Shown here in pieces: positions 28,001 through 41,960 of a DNA stretch of 64,000 nucleotides (positions are counted from its first letter, which is position 1; each line of letters begins with the position of its first letter). The stretch covers positions 89,032,001 through 89,096,000 of the forward strand of contig OX597815.1 of the NCBI GenBank assembly GCA_951406725.2, read 5' to 3'. The notes beneath the pieces are model-generated. The model was not told the DNA's origin and made no database searches. It saw only the letters and a list, made by a program, of their open reading frames with translations. The stretch comes from Octopus vulgaris. Taxonomy: Eukaryota. Made by a program: the position numbers and the translations under genes.

Positions 28001-30867
28001 AGCAGGACGAAATGCTCCTGAAAGACCTTATACATCTCCTCCGGTTCGTTTACCAAATTTCCTTGATTATTCATCAAAGACCTTATAGTCCCATTATTGC
28101 TACGTTGGGTCTCTATCACACGGGACCACCCCGCGGCTTTGATTCCTTCCCGACGCGTTGCCCGTTGCTTAGCCCTGACTATGTATCCTTCGTTTTTGGC
28201 CTCGAGGTGATGGTTAAGCGCTATTCTCGCAGCTAAAGTTCGGGGCGCAGAGCCAGATTCCAGTGTTTCGTCTAAAGCATCACTAATTCTTTGCTATATC
28301 TAATAGACTCAACTTTTATGGTTCTTTTGAGGGTATGCTACCATTTGTTGTTAATGGCTCCACATAATGCCCTCATCACTAACTGTCTAATATGATTCCT
28401 GTACTTCTCATGAGCCAAAAGTGACTTATTGAGTTTCCAGTAACCGGATTCCTCCCTATATAACTTATCTAAGTTCAGCCTACAGGTCACAAATTTGTGA
28501 TCACTGTAGCTGACATAGTGAAATTGTAGACGACTAACTAGGTTTTTTGTCTATTTCCGTAATTAGAATCCGTCTAAGTGAGACCTAGATAACCCATCGC
28601 TATTAGTCCATGTCCACAATGGAGCATTTGGGACATCTAGTCCGTACCTATCTGATAGCAGAAATCGACTGAGTAGATTACTGAAGCACGGGTTTCTCCT
28701 CCTATCAGTAGACGATCCACCGTAATCTACGCATGCATCGCAGATTACGCTAAACTCACCTAAAATTACTATGTTGTGTGACGTCCCAAGAAACTTCTCC
28801 AGGGTTAAAAAAAAAAAAAAAAAGACCAGTTCCCGCGGGAGCGTAGACAGCTACTAGCCTGAAGACCCTACTCCTGCTTCGTGTCAACGACCAACCTACC
28901 TTCCTGGCCGATGAAGATAGTTCTTGCCTCTAAGTCCAGGTTGTTCCTGAGCAGCACAGCAACGCCTCTTCCTCCTCCAGGTAGGCATGGAGAAATAATA
29001 TTTTTGTAGCCATTTAGGAGAGGGAAAAGTCTCTTTGACTACTCAGTCTGGACTCCGTGGCAACTATAATATCCATTCTATGCGACCTGAGGTCATTAAA
29101 GAAACGACCTTCTTTCCACTTTGATCCCAAGCTGCGTACATTCAAACACCCTACATTAAGAATATCCATAATGTTTCTACTTACAGTTTGAGATGGGGTG
29201 GTACGTCCACCTCATTCCTTTTCTTTTTCCTCAGAAGGCGCATGTCGTTTTTAAATCGGTTTGCCAACATCTTATAATTAGCTCTGTCTATTTAATAAAT
29301 AGCAATGTTTTGGGGGATATTTTTGCCTCGTAGTCTTTGCTTACGTTGGTCGCATTTGGTATGTCTTTTAGTCGCTACAGTAGTGACGTTTTAGTCGTCA
29401 CTACTCCAGTGTAATTCATGTCTAGGTGGGTGGAGGAATATTTTGGGCTGGGAATTTTTTTGTAGTTGTGTGATCTGTTGTTTTTTTTTGTTTTGATGTA
29501 GGGTTGTGGGGTTGTATGGGGAGGGTATTTTTCTTTATTTTTCTGGAGAAAATTTCCCACTTTTCTACTTGGGTTTCCTCTCTCCCCCCTTCCTCTGTTT
29601 CCCTTTCCGAAGTTTCATCCTGCGTTTCACCTGCAGCGTCTTCTCTTTGTTTTTCTTTAGATTGAGAAATCGCTGCTTTTTGGGAGGAGGTTTGCACTCG
29701 ACCCTACAGTGGGTTTTTTGGCTGCACTTGTAGAAACGAGGCACCTTCCTCTCTACCGTGTCTCGCTGCTTAGTCTTCCCACCTGTATAGTTTCTAGAAT
29801 ATCTTCTAACTCAGCCTGGGCAGCCTGTATAATCATTTAGAGGCCTTGCTCCTGCCTATTCTGCAATCCAAGCGCTGAGGCTTGGAGAATTTTGATCTTA
29901 TCCTCTAAGCCGTTTATTATGGCTGCCACCAGCTAAGCGGGATCAACTTCGTGTGGGATGTCTCCTATCTTAATCTTGGAATTCTGTCTTCCAAGATAAG
30001 CAGGTAGGAGAAACAACTGGCAGATTTTAATGGCTCAGTTGATGCTTCTTTCAACTTTTCCTCAGTTTTAAAACGGACTTCTATTATGGCATACTTCACT
30101 CCTCTTGCGATGTATACCACGTCGTTCCTAACTGGACGGAGGCACATCTCCACCGCCTCTTTACTTGAATTATCCATTTTTCTTTTTACTTTGGTCACAA
30201 ATGATTTATATATCACGGTGCACCGCAGTGCATTCTACGTCGTTTCACTGGGAAGGATAATCAATATTTCGCTCCCCTCCCTTTTCATCACACCTTTGTA
30301 TTTTCCTAGCTCATCGCTTCCACAATTAATTGTCTTCTTTGAAACATCGGCCGCTGCTGCAAAATTGCTAGCTTTTCATCCTTGCATAAGCTCTTCTGTC
30401 GACATGCTAATTAAAACTGTGCTGCCTTCTCCACTCCTGATATCTTCACTTGTACCAGGTTCACTACTGGTCTTGGTTTTAATAGGTGATTTGTCCAATT
30501 TTTTGTTTTTTAAAAAATACAACAATATTCTGCAAGAAGCAGAAAAATAGGTATTTAAAATCACTCAACAATAGTTCAACAACATAATAAATCAACAGTA
30601 AAAATTCAACAATTAAACACAAATATTACAACTTACACCAAACTTTACGAACAACGCCACAAACATACACGAACAAATCGAAATGAATGTAACAACTGTG
30701 AAAAATTATCAGCGTTAATTTATTGATGCATTTGGGCAAGACTATGTCTGTATTATCAGACAGTTGAAAACAAAGAAAAATATGTTGAAAAAAATTTCAG
30801 AACTCTGCAAAAATCCGGTACAAATTCTTCATGGTTCTAAAAGTTGCTTACATTTTACTCAACCTGA
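25001..30867 (-). mobile_element. Degenerate mariner (DD34D) split by a Tx1/L1 insertion
   Basis: TIRs TCAGGCTGAGTAAAA (~25002) and TTTTACTCAACCTGA-TA (~30853-30869); minus-strand remnants VTYDEKWILYNN, KKVMVTLWW, LPHPAYSP..DYHYFK. Confidence 0.85.
25999..30687 (-). mobile_element. Full-length but degenerate Tx1/L1-clade LINE (ORF1, APE-RT ORF2) with 10-bp TSD
   Basis: APE start LNVGCLNVRSL (~29160); KSPGLDG, NFRPITLLN, DQSKAFDRVDH, SAYADD; AATAAA near the 3' end; TGTAACAACT at 25989-25998 and 30688-30697. Confidence 0.9.
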
Positions 30868-30941
30868 TATATATATATATATATTTACACACACACATAC
30901 ACAGACACACAGAGACACATACACACACACACACACACACG

Positions 30942-30978
<37 letters not shown>

Positions 30979-31139
30979 ACACACACACACACACAGATGT
31001 ATATAAGTGTGCATATATAAACATGGGTGGTGCGATCGTGTGTGTATCTGTGTGTGTGTGAGTGAGAGAGAGAGAGATAGATAGACACAAAGAGAGATCG
31101 AGAGAAAGAGAGAGATAGAGTGTGTGTGTGTGTGTGTGC

Positions 31140-31337
31140 ATGCCTTTGTGCCTGTGTTTGTCCACCACCACAGCTTGACTACCGGTATTGAAACGTTTAA
31201 GATTCCATATATTCTAGCGGTTCGACAAACGAGACTTAGGAAAATAAAGTACTGGGATCGATTCATTCGACTAAAAATTCTTCAAGGTGGTGCTCCAGCA
31301 TGACGACAGTCTAATAACTGATGAAAGATAAGAGAAT
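31140..31337 (+). mobile_element. SINE 3' half
   Basis: AAGTACTGGGATCGATTCATTCGACT motif related to the other SINEs. Confidence 0.6.
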
Positions 31338-32269
31338 GACACTGATGACGATCTGCGTAGGCAGTTATTAGTCAATAAGAAGATTCTCAAAAGAGTGTAA
31401 TAAATTCATTTCCCATGAAGAGTGATGAATTTAATGTTTGCTCCCTGGCTCATCGTTCCATTGAGAGTGTGTAAGATACGTGAAGTTATATTGTCAGTTA
31501 GATTGTGGATAAACAATATAGACCCCAATCCGAAGTTCTCGTAATCGGTATATCACGAGTAGTTTTACCACCGATCTCTGTTAAGCACGATTGCAGATCT
31601 TCGAAGAAGCCATTTTATGAATTGCTGAAAGCAAGTTTGAAATTTTAGACAGTATAATTCTAACAACTCGTGAAAAGGCGAATGAATCATGTGAACTAGT
31701 ACAGAAAATGTGTATTACAAAGAGTCGAAGTCATTGGAACTGTGACAAAGGGAGAATATTTTGACTTGCAAGATAAGAATTGTAGTTTGGTTGTGAACAA
31801 ATATCGGCCAGACAAATGGATTTTTAGATGTGATCTAGAAAGTATAGGCATGCACTAACAGCTACATCTTGCTAGTTATATGAGCAATACACACGCTTGG
31901 CATTGTTTAGAATTCTGATGTAGAAGGGTTAACTTGTGAGAAGTAATTTGGACAACATATCATGTAGATATATAATATATATTAGAAGTATTAGAAGATA
32001 GAATTTCTAAAGTTTTTGAAAGTATTATTTCTAAATAGTTCATGAGAAGACAGAACATAGTGTTGTGTGTTTTCTTTAATTGTGAAACGACATTTTATGG
32101 GTATATGCGTGTGTTTTAATATTTTAATCAGAAGGAAAGGCAGTGTTCATGACTTTATAAATTATTTTCAAGATTGAATGGAGGTCAGGAAATATCCTGA
32201 AGCCAAAGTCTTGGCTTGAATGAATATAACAGAGCAAACTCCACTATATTACTCAAAATAGTAGGGTTA

Positions 32270-32522
32270 AAGCGTGCGACGTGTAACATCTGCAGAACAT
32301 GGCGGATTGTACTCGTAACGTAAAGAGCCGGCACAAATACCACAAAGCATCCGGAACGAGGTTCTTACAGTTCCGTTAATCCAGCACCTTGAATCGGTAC
32401 ATTTTTTATCGACTCAATGGGAAAAGGAGAGTTGGCCACAGAGATATGTGAACTCAGAGCGAGAGATTCATAATAAATGTCTTGAAAGATTCTGTACCAA
32501 GTTCTAACGACTCCGTCAATTA
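32270..32522 (-). mobile_element. Two degenerate SINE fragments
   Basis: Two decayed ...GAACTC.GAACGT... blocks and TTTTATCGAC. Confidence 0.5.
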
Positions 32523-33509
32523 ATCTTCAGTTCACACTTATCTTAATAAAGGTGATAAAAAAAATGATCAAGAAATTAATTTGGAATAGATTGAAAATAA
32601 CAAAACAAATTCTCGTGTACTTGAATTCTTTTGCCCTCAGAATCCGATATTGTACTTCAGTAGACACATTAATTGCATTTTCCTGTTTTATTCATTATTG
32701 ATATGCATATAGTTGCATGTTTGAAACTGTTCATACGATACTTCTTTCAAGCGGAATTTTTTTTTTATTTACTTTTACGATGTAAATGTCAGATGCGTGC
32801 ATATGCTTATACAAACCACTTAAATATGATATTAAATTGGAGACAGCCTATAATATCGCAATATAATAGTTTTATGTTATTTTAACTCCGCGCATGTCAA
32901 TATTTGATTACGTGTAAAGAGAGCAACAATTATATGTATGTGTCTATAGATAACATATACAAAAATAATATCCATATATAATTCTGATTTCCATGAGTAG
33001 CTATTGTCGTCGAGTTACAATATTTCAAGTGCAGCTTGTAGTAATTGACATATGTATCGATTTGATTTACAAAGGCAATAATTGAAAAGAGCTGACCATA
33101 GCAAACATATTGATTTCGAAATTAGAAATACCACCGGAGTATATTTTATAGACTATTTGACAAATTAATTGACGTAAATAGATTATAAGTGATTATTTTC
33201 TCGACGAAAATGAAAAGAAAAAAAAAAAGGAGTGAGCTGAATAACAAGACATATTACACATTGTTGTCTAACTGACATGGCTATGCCGACGGTCCTATAG
33301 TAGTGTCAGTATTAACATGATAATATGAGGTCGTTGAGTACAAAATGAATTAACTGCGATAAATCTTCATCAAAACTAGAGACAATTTCAAAAAGCAGTA
33401 AAACATGCTAATACGCAGATATGTTAAAGTTGTGCTCAGACATAATCAGTTCAACCATGAAAATTATATAAATACTAGCATCGCATATATCAATATATAT
33501 ATATATATA

Positions 33510-33630
33510 TATCACGTGATCACGTGACCGACCAGATCATCAGATGTTGTTACACATCGCTGGTCACAATGCGTTCGCATTGTTTTAGCCTTTGAATGAC
33601 GCCACCCCGCTGGCTAAGCGAGCAGGCCAA
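33510..33630. other. GC-rich, hairpin-dense 120-bp insert within (TA)n
   Basis: CACGTGATCACGTG, ACAATGCG-tt-CGCATTGT, GATGT/ACATC, CCCGCT/AGCGAG; TA repeats on both sides. Confidence 0.55.
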
Positions 33631-33790
33631 TATATATATGCGTGTGTGTTTGTGCATATATATATATATATATAACATATATATATATATATATACGTGT
33701 TTCTTTTGATTAATCATATTTATATTTATATATTTATATATGTTATATATTTCTATAGTGATTATTTGCATCTATCTGTCAGTCTATCTG

Positions 33791-33822
<32 letters not shown>

Positions 33823-34819
33823 TCTTTATGTACCTGTGTATGTATGCATATGTTCAGTTTAAAATGAACTTTCAGCAAAATGACCCGGAAGTTTCTGTTT
33901 TTGGCCCGTTTCGATGGCAGTGATAGTCTATAGAAAATAACAGCTACAACATAATTTCATTACTGTCTATGTTGTTAAAAGAACACATGCAGGAATGCTA
34001 ATAGTTAAAAGAATAATCTGTTGCTGTTTTCAATAAATTACATCAAAATAAGTGTGATGAATTGTACACCGGACGAATCAAATTTGCTGTTTTTTTTTTT
34101 TTTTTTTCTATGGCGAATAGGTTTCAGAAACTCAAATGTTGGTGTTAATAATAGCATACAGGAAAAATTTCCATTTTTAATGGCAAAATGTGCTCATACT
34201 TCACGTTTTAAATGTAAATGAAAAAAATTGTTGTCTTGATGATTGGTCATATCCTGTAAGCAGTGCTTATATTTGGTCACATTGTAGTTTAAACGAGTTG
34301 AGCATTGAAGTAATATAATGTTTGATTATTTATATATTTATTTCAACACATTAGCATTAAAGACGGTGGAACTTCTAACGTACCTACCGTCTGAGGTAAG
34401 GACTTTAGAAGCTCTATGCGTGATATTTGGTTATCTGAACGGTTTATTTGATGTGTGCCATAAACTGGCAAATATGGAAACGGTAGAATAGTCGACGTTC
34501 ATCTTTATGTGTTACAGCTTCGAGGGAATTTGTGATTATTGACCGAACGTGCCTGTACTAGTCATATCAACATTCTAGCGATATATGGGCTTAATTTTAT
34601 TATACATAGAATGTTGTGTCATCATGTTTTACGTTTCTTGTTCTTATTTCTCTTCATTGCTGTTAATAATTTATCCTTAAAGTTACTCCTTCATAAACAA
34701 CCTGTTCACAAAGCACATCACATTAAAATAAGAATTAGAAATTAAGGAAAACGCAAACTTCTCAATGGAAGGAAGAGTATCATTGAATATTCACTCGCAC
34801 AGTTTTAATGTAGAAGTCT

Positions 34820-34990
34820 GTTATTACACGCAAGCATAAGGCAGCGATGGCAGAATCGTAAGGACGCCGGTCAAACTGCTTTCCGGCATTCCGTCTATCT
34901 TTACATTCTGACTTTCCACCTACCTCAAAATTGCTGGCCTTCTGCCAAAGTGTGAAACCATTATTACACGCCAGAATAGAAGATAGTCTC
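34820..34990 (+). mobile_element. Degenerate SINE
   Basis: AGGCAGCGATGGCAGAATCGTAAGGACGCCGG head. Confidence 0.6.
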
Positions 34991-35049
34991 CTGAGAGCAT
35001 TAACTTTCTCCATAAACTATATCAGTGTTATTGTAACTGAAATGAATAC

Positions 35050-35495
35050 TGTTGGGTCATCCCATAAATAATGCGCTTTTTTCACTTGCATGAACGCGCT
35101 ATAAAAGCAGATAGTAATTATATGCATTGTACTTATTCTTAGTGCAAGTTTTGAAGAGTGAAGTTCAATTTTAACAGTTATTTTTTCAAAGTTATAATGG
35201 AAGTGACAAAGGAGTATATTCGACATATTTTGATTCATGAGTTCAATAAAGGCAATAACGCAACAGAAAGTGCGAGGAATATTAATGCGGTATATGGGGA
35301 TCGGACAATAAGCGTAGGCCAGTGTTAACGATGGTTCCAGAAATTCCGAGCCAGAAATTACAGCCTAGAAAACGAGCCTCATCCTGGAAAATTTATAGAG
35401 CTCGACGAAGACGTTCTCCAAACTGTGGTGGAAAAATCCCAACGTAACTGTTGAGAAACTAACAGAGAAGCTTGGATTTGGTCATTTAACCATTG
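35050..35495 (+). mobile_element. Mariner 5' fragment
   Basis: TIR TTGGGTCATCCCATAAATAATGCG; MEVTKEYIRHILIHEFNKGN... Confidence 0.85.
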
Positions 35496-35522
35496 CATAT
35501 ATTTACCGCTGTACTTACATAT

Positions 35523-36764
35523 TTTCGATCATCCCATAAATAATGAGGTTTTTTAAATTGCATGAGCCAAAAATCGGAAGGGTCAGGATAAACTACCTGC
35601 ATCAACTTTCTATAAAAGCAGGTAGTAATTTTACCTTGTCCTTATTCTTAATGCAAGTTTTGAAGAGTGCAGTTAGACTTTAACAGTTATTTTTCAAAAG
35701 CTATAATGGAAGTAATAAAGGAGCATATTCGGCATATTTTGCTTTATGAGTTCAATAAAGGCAACAACACAACGTAAAGTGCTAGGAATATATGGGGATC
35801 GGACAATAAGCGTAAGCCAGGGTCAACGGTCGTTCCAAAAGTTCCGAGCCGGAAGCTACAGCCTAGAAAACGAGTCGCGTCCTGAAATATCTGAAGAGCT
35901 CGGCGAGGCCGTCCTGCAAACCATGGTAGAACAAAATCCTAACTGTTGAGAAACTAGGAGTGAAGCTTGGATTTAGCCATTCAACCATCCATCGACACCT
36001 GCGTGCCTTTGGAAAAATCAGCAAATTTGGTCAATGGGTTACTCACAAACTTTCCGAATCTAATCGTGCGCAGAGAGTGGATGTATGCTTTTCTTTGCTA
36101 TAACGTCTCGCGAATGAACGTTTTTGGACCGAATAATGACTAGTGACGAGAAATGGGTTCCCTATAAAAATGTCGAGCACCGACGACAGTGGGTAGAGAA
36201 AGGAGAAATGCTGACACCCCAGGCTAAAGAAGGTCTTCACCTACGTAAGTTGTTGTTATCTGTTTGGTGGGATATGAAAGGTTTAGTCCACTTTCACCAC
36301 TTAAACACAAAGGACATCTACTGCGAGCAGCTTGAGCGGCGCAAGTAAGCGTTAGAAAAACATTTGGTTTCAAGATGAAAGGTGTTCTTGCGTCAGGATA
36401 ATGCTCTGTCACATACAGTAGGGATGACAACCAAAGGCTGGAGTAGGTTGAATGGGAAACTATGCCTCACTCACCATATTCGCCGGACATTGCCCCACCT
36501 GATTATCATTTATTCCGCAGTCTCCAAAATCATTTGGATGGAAAAAATATGAATTCTGTAGACGATGTCAGAACAGTACTGGAGGAGTATTTTTCGTCAC
36601 AGACAATTGCATTTTGGAGGAGGAGCCTTGCTCGTCTACCAGACAGACATCAGAGCATTGTAGAAAATGAAGGAAAGTATATTTTAAAAAAAAAGGACTT
36701 TGTTTATCTTAATTTTGAAAAATAAAAGTATGAAAAGCCGCATTATTTATGGGATGACACAATA
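35523..36764 (+). mobile_element. Near full-length mariner (DD34D) pseudogene, ~1.24 kb
   Basis: TIRs ..TCATCCCATAAATAATG / CATTATTTATGGGATGACACAATA; ATG at 35706; DRIMTSDEKWV, QDNA, PHSPYSPDIAPPDYHLF; frameshifts. Confidence 0.92.
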
Positions 36765-37108
36765 TTATACTCTGAGGTAAATCAGTTTTTCAATTTGTGT
36801 CTCAAAGACAGATAGTGATGGTTCCTTTGATATTCCGTCGTATTTTACTCCCACTACCTCCTTTTCACACCTACTCTAGCTTTCTGTACACAAATCCCTT
36901 CGAAGAATGCAACTAGTGAAATATGACATTCTAAAGTCATATTTCACTACTTGATATATTTATATATATATAAAACAATTTTTGAAAGAGGATCATATTA
37001 CTTTTGCTTGAGAGACATGGGCATAATACTGGTGGTAATATTTGAGACGTTAGTGATTTATCTCCTCGCTAGCGATATAAACTATATACATGTGTGTCTA
37101 TCTATCTG

Positions 37109-37209
<101 letters not shown>

Positions 37210-37298
37210 ATCTATCTATCTATCTATCTATCTATCAATCTATCTATATGCAAATGATGCGAAGGTTACCGCAAAGCTTGGGATTTCCAAATTTCTCT

Positions 37299-37791
37299 TA
37301 TTTCATTGTTTTATGAGCTGAAGAGAAAAACACGACTTATAACAACACCACCAACACCAAAAGAAAATATTAAACATATACATAAAGGGAAAAAAAACAA
37401 GACAATTCCGAAATAACACTTCTTATTCATTCTACTTACACACGCCACTGCATCTGTCAAATTACATCGTTCTTTATTGATTATTTAATTGGATCTTCGA
37501 TGTCATGATAGAAGCTTAATTATTGAGGGTGCTTTTTTGGAAAAAATGAATTGAAGGTGTGGCAGGAGACATTTCCCCAAATACTTCGCAGTTGGATTGA
37601 ACCTATAACTATACATTTCGGAAGCGAGTTTCTTAACTACACGGCCATTATTATAATGTATAAACTATACAGCGTACGCTCAAACCATATATTCACACAA
37701 ACACACACATACACACATCAATTTTTAAAGATCTTTCCTTACTAATTTCATATACCTCCCTTACTGCACACACACACAGACACACATACAG

Positions 37792-37824
<33 letters not shown>

Positions 37825-38168
37825 CACACACGCGCGCACACACACATACACACACAAACACGTTTCTAAAAGAAGGAAATTAATGGAATCCATCCCTACT
37901 TCTTGTAAAATGTAGGGCGTTATTTCATTGTTTTATGAACTGAAGAGAAAAACACGACTCATAACAAAACCGCCAACACCAAAAGAAAATATTAAAAATA
38001 TACATAATGAAAAAAAAAAAACAAGACAATTCCGAAATAACACTTCTTCTTACTCATTCCACTTACACACGCAACCCGCATCTGTCAAATTACATCGAAG
38101 TTCTTTATTGATTATTTAATTGGATCTTTGATGTCATGATAGAAGGTTAATTATTGAGGGTGCTTTTT
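37299..38168. repeat. Local direct duplication of ~240 bp (37299-37538 and 37921-38168)
   Basis: TATTTCATTGTTTTATGA.CTGAAGAGAAAAACACGAC...AATTATTGAGGGTGCTTTTTT occurs twice. Confidence 0.9.
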
Positions 38169-38431
38169 TTTTTAGTATAAAAATGAATAAAGAAATACAA
38201 AACTGATTGAGAATAAAGTTGCTAATAAACCAGTTTCTTGCGGTAGAGAGATATTTTATCTTCTGATTCCCAATTGATCAGGAACAATAGAAAACATTTT
38301 GAAACATCTTAAAAAAACGACGATATGCTGTTTGTAGACCGGCAGAGCTTCGTGGATGCACTATTGTTATATTAGAACCCATATTCTTACCCAATTCAGA
38401 TCCAATATTTTTACCATTTATCGTTCCGTCA

Positions 38432-38450
38432 TCTTCTTTCTTTCCTTCCT

Positions 38451-38538
<88 letters not shown>

Positions 38539-38625
38539 TTTTCTTTCGTTCTTTCTTTCTTTCGTTCCTTCTTTCTTTCGCTCTTTCTTTGTCTTTTTGC
38601 TTGTTTGTTTGTTTCTTTCTTTTCT
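38432..38625. repeat. (TTTC)n microsatellite
   Basis: Seen directly. Confidence 0.95.
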
Positions 38626-38933
38626 TCGTTCATCTATTCTTTACTTTCCCTTCCTTCTGCGTATTTTGAAATAGATAATACATTAATTTCCTTCGTTTAT
38701 ATTTCTTTAGTTAAATTTCCCCCATTAAGGCCAAAGCCGTACAGGACTACCACCTTGAAATATTTTTCTATAGTTTTATGTATTTCTCAGCTTATTACAT
38801 ATCATTCATTTTCCTGCTTAGTAACTGAGGTGGATGACGACAAAATATCACAAGTGCGTAGCTAAAGCTAACGGGTATTTAGATATATTGATTAGTAAAG
38901 CATATGATATATCATTTAAGTTTTATATATATG

Positions 38934-38999
<66 letters not shown>

Positions 39000-40689
39000 C
39001 TTTTGTGTGTGTGCGCATTTCAATGTATCCATGTATATATATTTATATATACATAAATATATATAGACACACACGTGCGCGCATGCAAGCGTGCACACAC
39101 ACGCAAGTATATTATCGCAATATGATTCAGTTTTCTCTTTACATTATAAATATTTTCCATTCATTAAGGGTTATTAATCAAATATTCCATTGGTGGAATT
39201 TTGTCTTATCTCTCCACTGAACATTCAAGACTTATAACAATGATAGTAAATTATGTTTATCGCTAATGTATGATTAATCATTTCTCCCGAATACTGTCTT
39301 GTTGGAAGATAAAGGCAATTGATTGCGGAGGAAAAGAAAAAAAAAGCATAAATTTAATTAAATTTATTTTAAAAACTTTAAAATGTTTTATTCATGTAGC
39401 CACATACAAACTTGCATATAACTACAAACATTTATAAAGGTAGCTGCACAGTCTTTTACAAACGCATACACACATATTAAAATTCAGAAGCTGTAACACC
39501 CTTGTTCTTTCATGCATATGTATTTGACTCAATTTGTGTTCATGTGTGTATGCGTGCGTGCGTGCGTGTGTGCGTACGTGTGCGTGTATAATTACATATA
39601 CGTGTCTTTTTTACACTTATTCTTTCTTCTGTATGCAATATATGTGTATCGATATGAACACACCTCTATATTTATTTATGAAAGACTCAGTTTGCCAATT
39701 GCTTGGGGCACTGGCCTTCAAGCCTAAATCGCTACTGAGCAGGCTGTTTTACCATTCCTTTGTCGTCTTCATTGCGTATCACATCACTTAGTTGTAAAAT
39801 AACCATAGTTAACTTGAGTAATACGACCCAATGAGGGAATTTTCTGTAAGCTTACAGGATCTGCTAGAAATAACAGCGAAATGTTTCTCAAATTTTTTCC
39901 TGCCTGTCTCATGCTCCTAAATAGTGCTAAAATAATGACACTTGATGTTCATAATGGTTTATATAATCTAACTGTCCATAAATTCCATATAATTGTTAAA
40001 ACTCAATAACTGTGATCACTAGAAGTACGAAAGCAGTATAATATTTCGAAACAATACTTTGTGTATAGAAAAGCAGGAAGGAAGCTACTTCTTGCCAATA
40101 TACCTGATTTTTTTTCGGTTTCCCTGATCGGTCAAAGTAAAAAGAAATGTTTAATTTTAGAAGAACTCCGATAGGAACGGAACGCTTCATATTTGAACTT
40201 CAAGTTAACAAAAAGGAAAAGGATGCCAAGTATAACTGAATCTAAATGGATAAAATAATTCTTACATAAAATAAAATATGTAAGACTTGTATAATTTTAA
40301 AATGTGTTATTATGAAAGAATACTAATACTTCGATATCTCGTTCTTAAAGCTATGTATTGTGGTTCAGTGATGTTAATAAGAGAGTTTAATTTGCATTAT
40401 GGAAAGCTGTTCTTGGATTGGATGCTTATTTTAACAGTCAGAGATGTAATTAAATAACAAAATGCCATTGCTCAATTTAAATATATTACACGAGTCTCTT
40501 ACAAAGAGAAATGAAGCTTGAAGGGTCATGTTAATATGTTTGTGATTAATATATCTAATAAGAGACCAATTATTTATCTGCTATTGTTCTAAGATTCTGT
40601 TTGAAGTACTATGCATACATTTGCCGCATAAGTTTATTAGAAAATATTATGACATGAATGAGAAGAGGTGAGACTGGGCATATACCAAA

Positions 40690-41070
40690 CTTGTTGTCTT
40701 CAATTCAGTTTGTGTGACTATCCACCTATGGTTATGTGTGTTAGGTAATGACCAAATGCGTACAATCAAGAATACAAGCGACCAAAACAAGGGTTCCTCC
40801 GAAGGATATCAGGAATAGCCTTACTTGAGAAGGTGCGGAAATCGGGGAGCCCTCCCCATGTCGATCCGTTATTTCTCTGCATTGAGAGGCTACAGTTCCG
40901 GGTCTCAGGACATGTGATTAGATTGTGGGAAGAAAGGATCGCAAGATGGATTCTGCAGGCCGAGTCAACCGGTAAGAGACCTAGGGATGTACAAAGAACG
41001 AAATGTTGGATACGCTTGGGAATTCGCCCGAAGTCTAATGACGGTTACTTTTGATAGGACACTTTGGAGG
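40690..41070 (+). mobile_element. Degenerate RTE LINE 3' fragment
   Basis: FLRRISG..LLEKVR...IERLQ.R.SGHVIRL.EERIARWIL...GKRPR. Confidence 0.65.
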
Positions 41071-41507
41071 AGGGACCTGTGATTAGTGGGCGGAGAGCGT
41101 GGATTGAGGGTTGGACTAAATATAATCTGTCATCTCCGCATAGAAAAATGGATATAATTACATAGATAGGATATAATTTCAAAAACGACATAATGGTGTT
41201 GTAAACGAAGGGAGCAAGAGCACGATAGAGAATTGTTCTTATAGAGAATTGTTCTTATACGACAGAACTCACTACTGGGGTGTGTTGAAATAAATATTTA
41301 TGAACATAAAGTAAATTACATTTCTTCCCTGCAGCAACAAATCTGTTTCTCAACTCTAGTTAAATGCCTGCATCGCAAAATAATTGGTGTCTATGTCAAA
41401 CCAAATATTTTAACCCCTTTCCCTATAACCCCCTATATGCAAACCAAAATTTCAGTAAACATGTCACTGAAATGAACTACATACTGCTATCAATATTAAC
41501 CTAAATA

Positions 41508-41960
41508 AAAGGCGGCGAGCTGGCAGAAAGGTTAGCACGCCGGGCGAAATGCTTAGTAGTATTTCGTCTGCCGTTATGTTCTAAGTCGAAATTCCGCCGA
41601 GGTTGACTTTCCTTTTCATCCTTTCGGGGTCGAAAAATTAAGTACCAGTTTCGGACTGGAGTTGATCTAATCGACTGGACCGACCTCCCCCAAAATTCCA
41701 GGCCTTATTCCTAGAGTAGAAAAGAATATTAGTCTCAACAGTAGGCAGCGAGCTGGCAGAGACGTTAGCACGCCGGGTGAAATGCTTAGCAGTATTTCGC
41801 CTGCCGTTACGTTCTCAGTTGAAATTCCGCCGAGGTCGACTTTGCCTTTCGGGGTAAATTAAATAAGTACCAGATATGTACTGGGGTCGGTGCAATCGGC
41901 TTAATCTTTTTGTCTGTCCTTGTTTGTCCCCTCTATGTTTAGCCTCCTGTGGGAAATAAA
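41508..41960 (+). mobile_element. Two tandem tRNA-derived SINEs (41508-41727 and 41742-41960)
   Basis: GGCGGCGAGCTGGCAGAA.GTTAGCACGCCGGG heads; AAATTCCGCCGAGGTCGACTTT; the two copies have different 3' ends. Confidence 0.9.

Noticed and set aside
34780-35013. 77-aa minus-strand ORF
   Set aside because: Antisense to a degenerate SINE
41508-41620. tRNA gene
   Set aside because: Only a tRNA-like SINE head, with no complete cloverleaf
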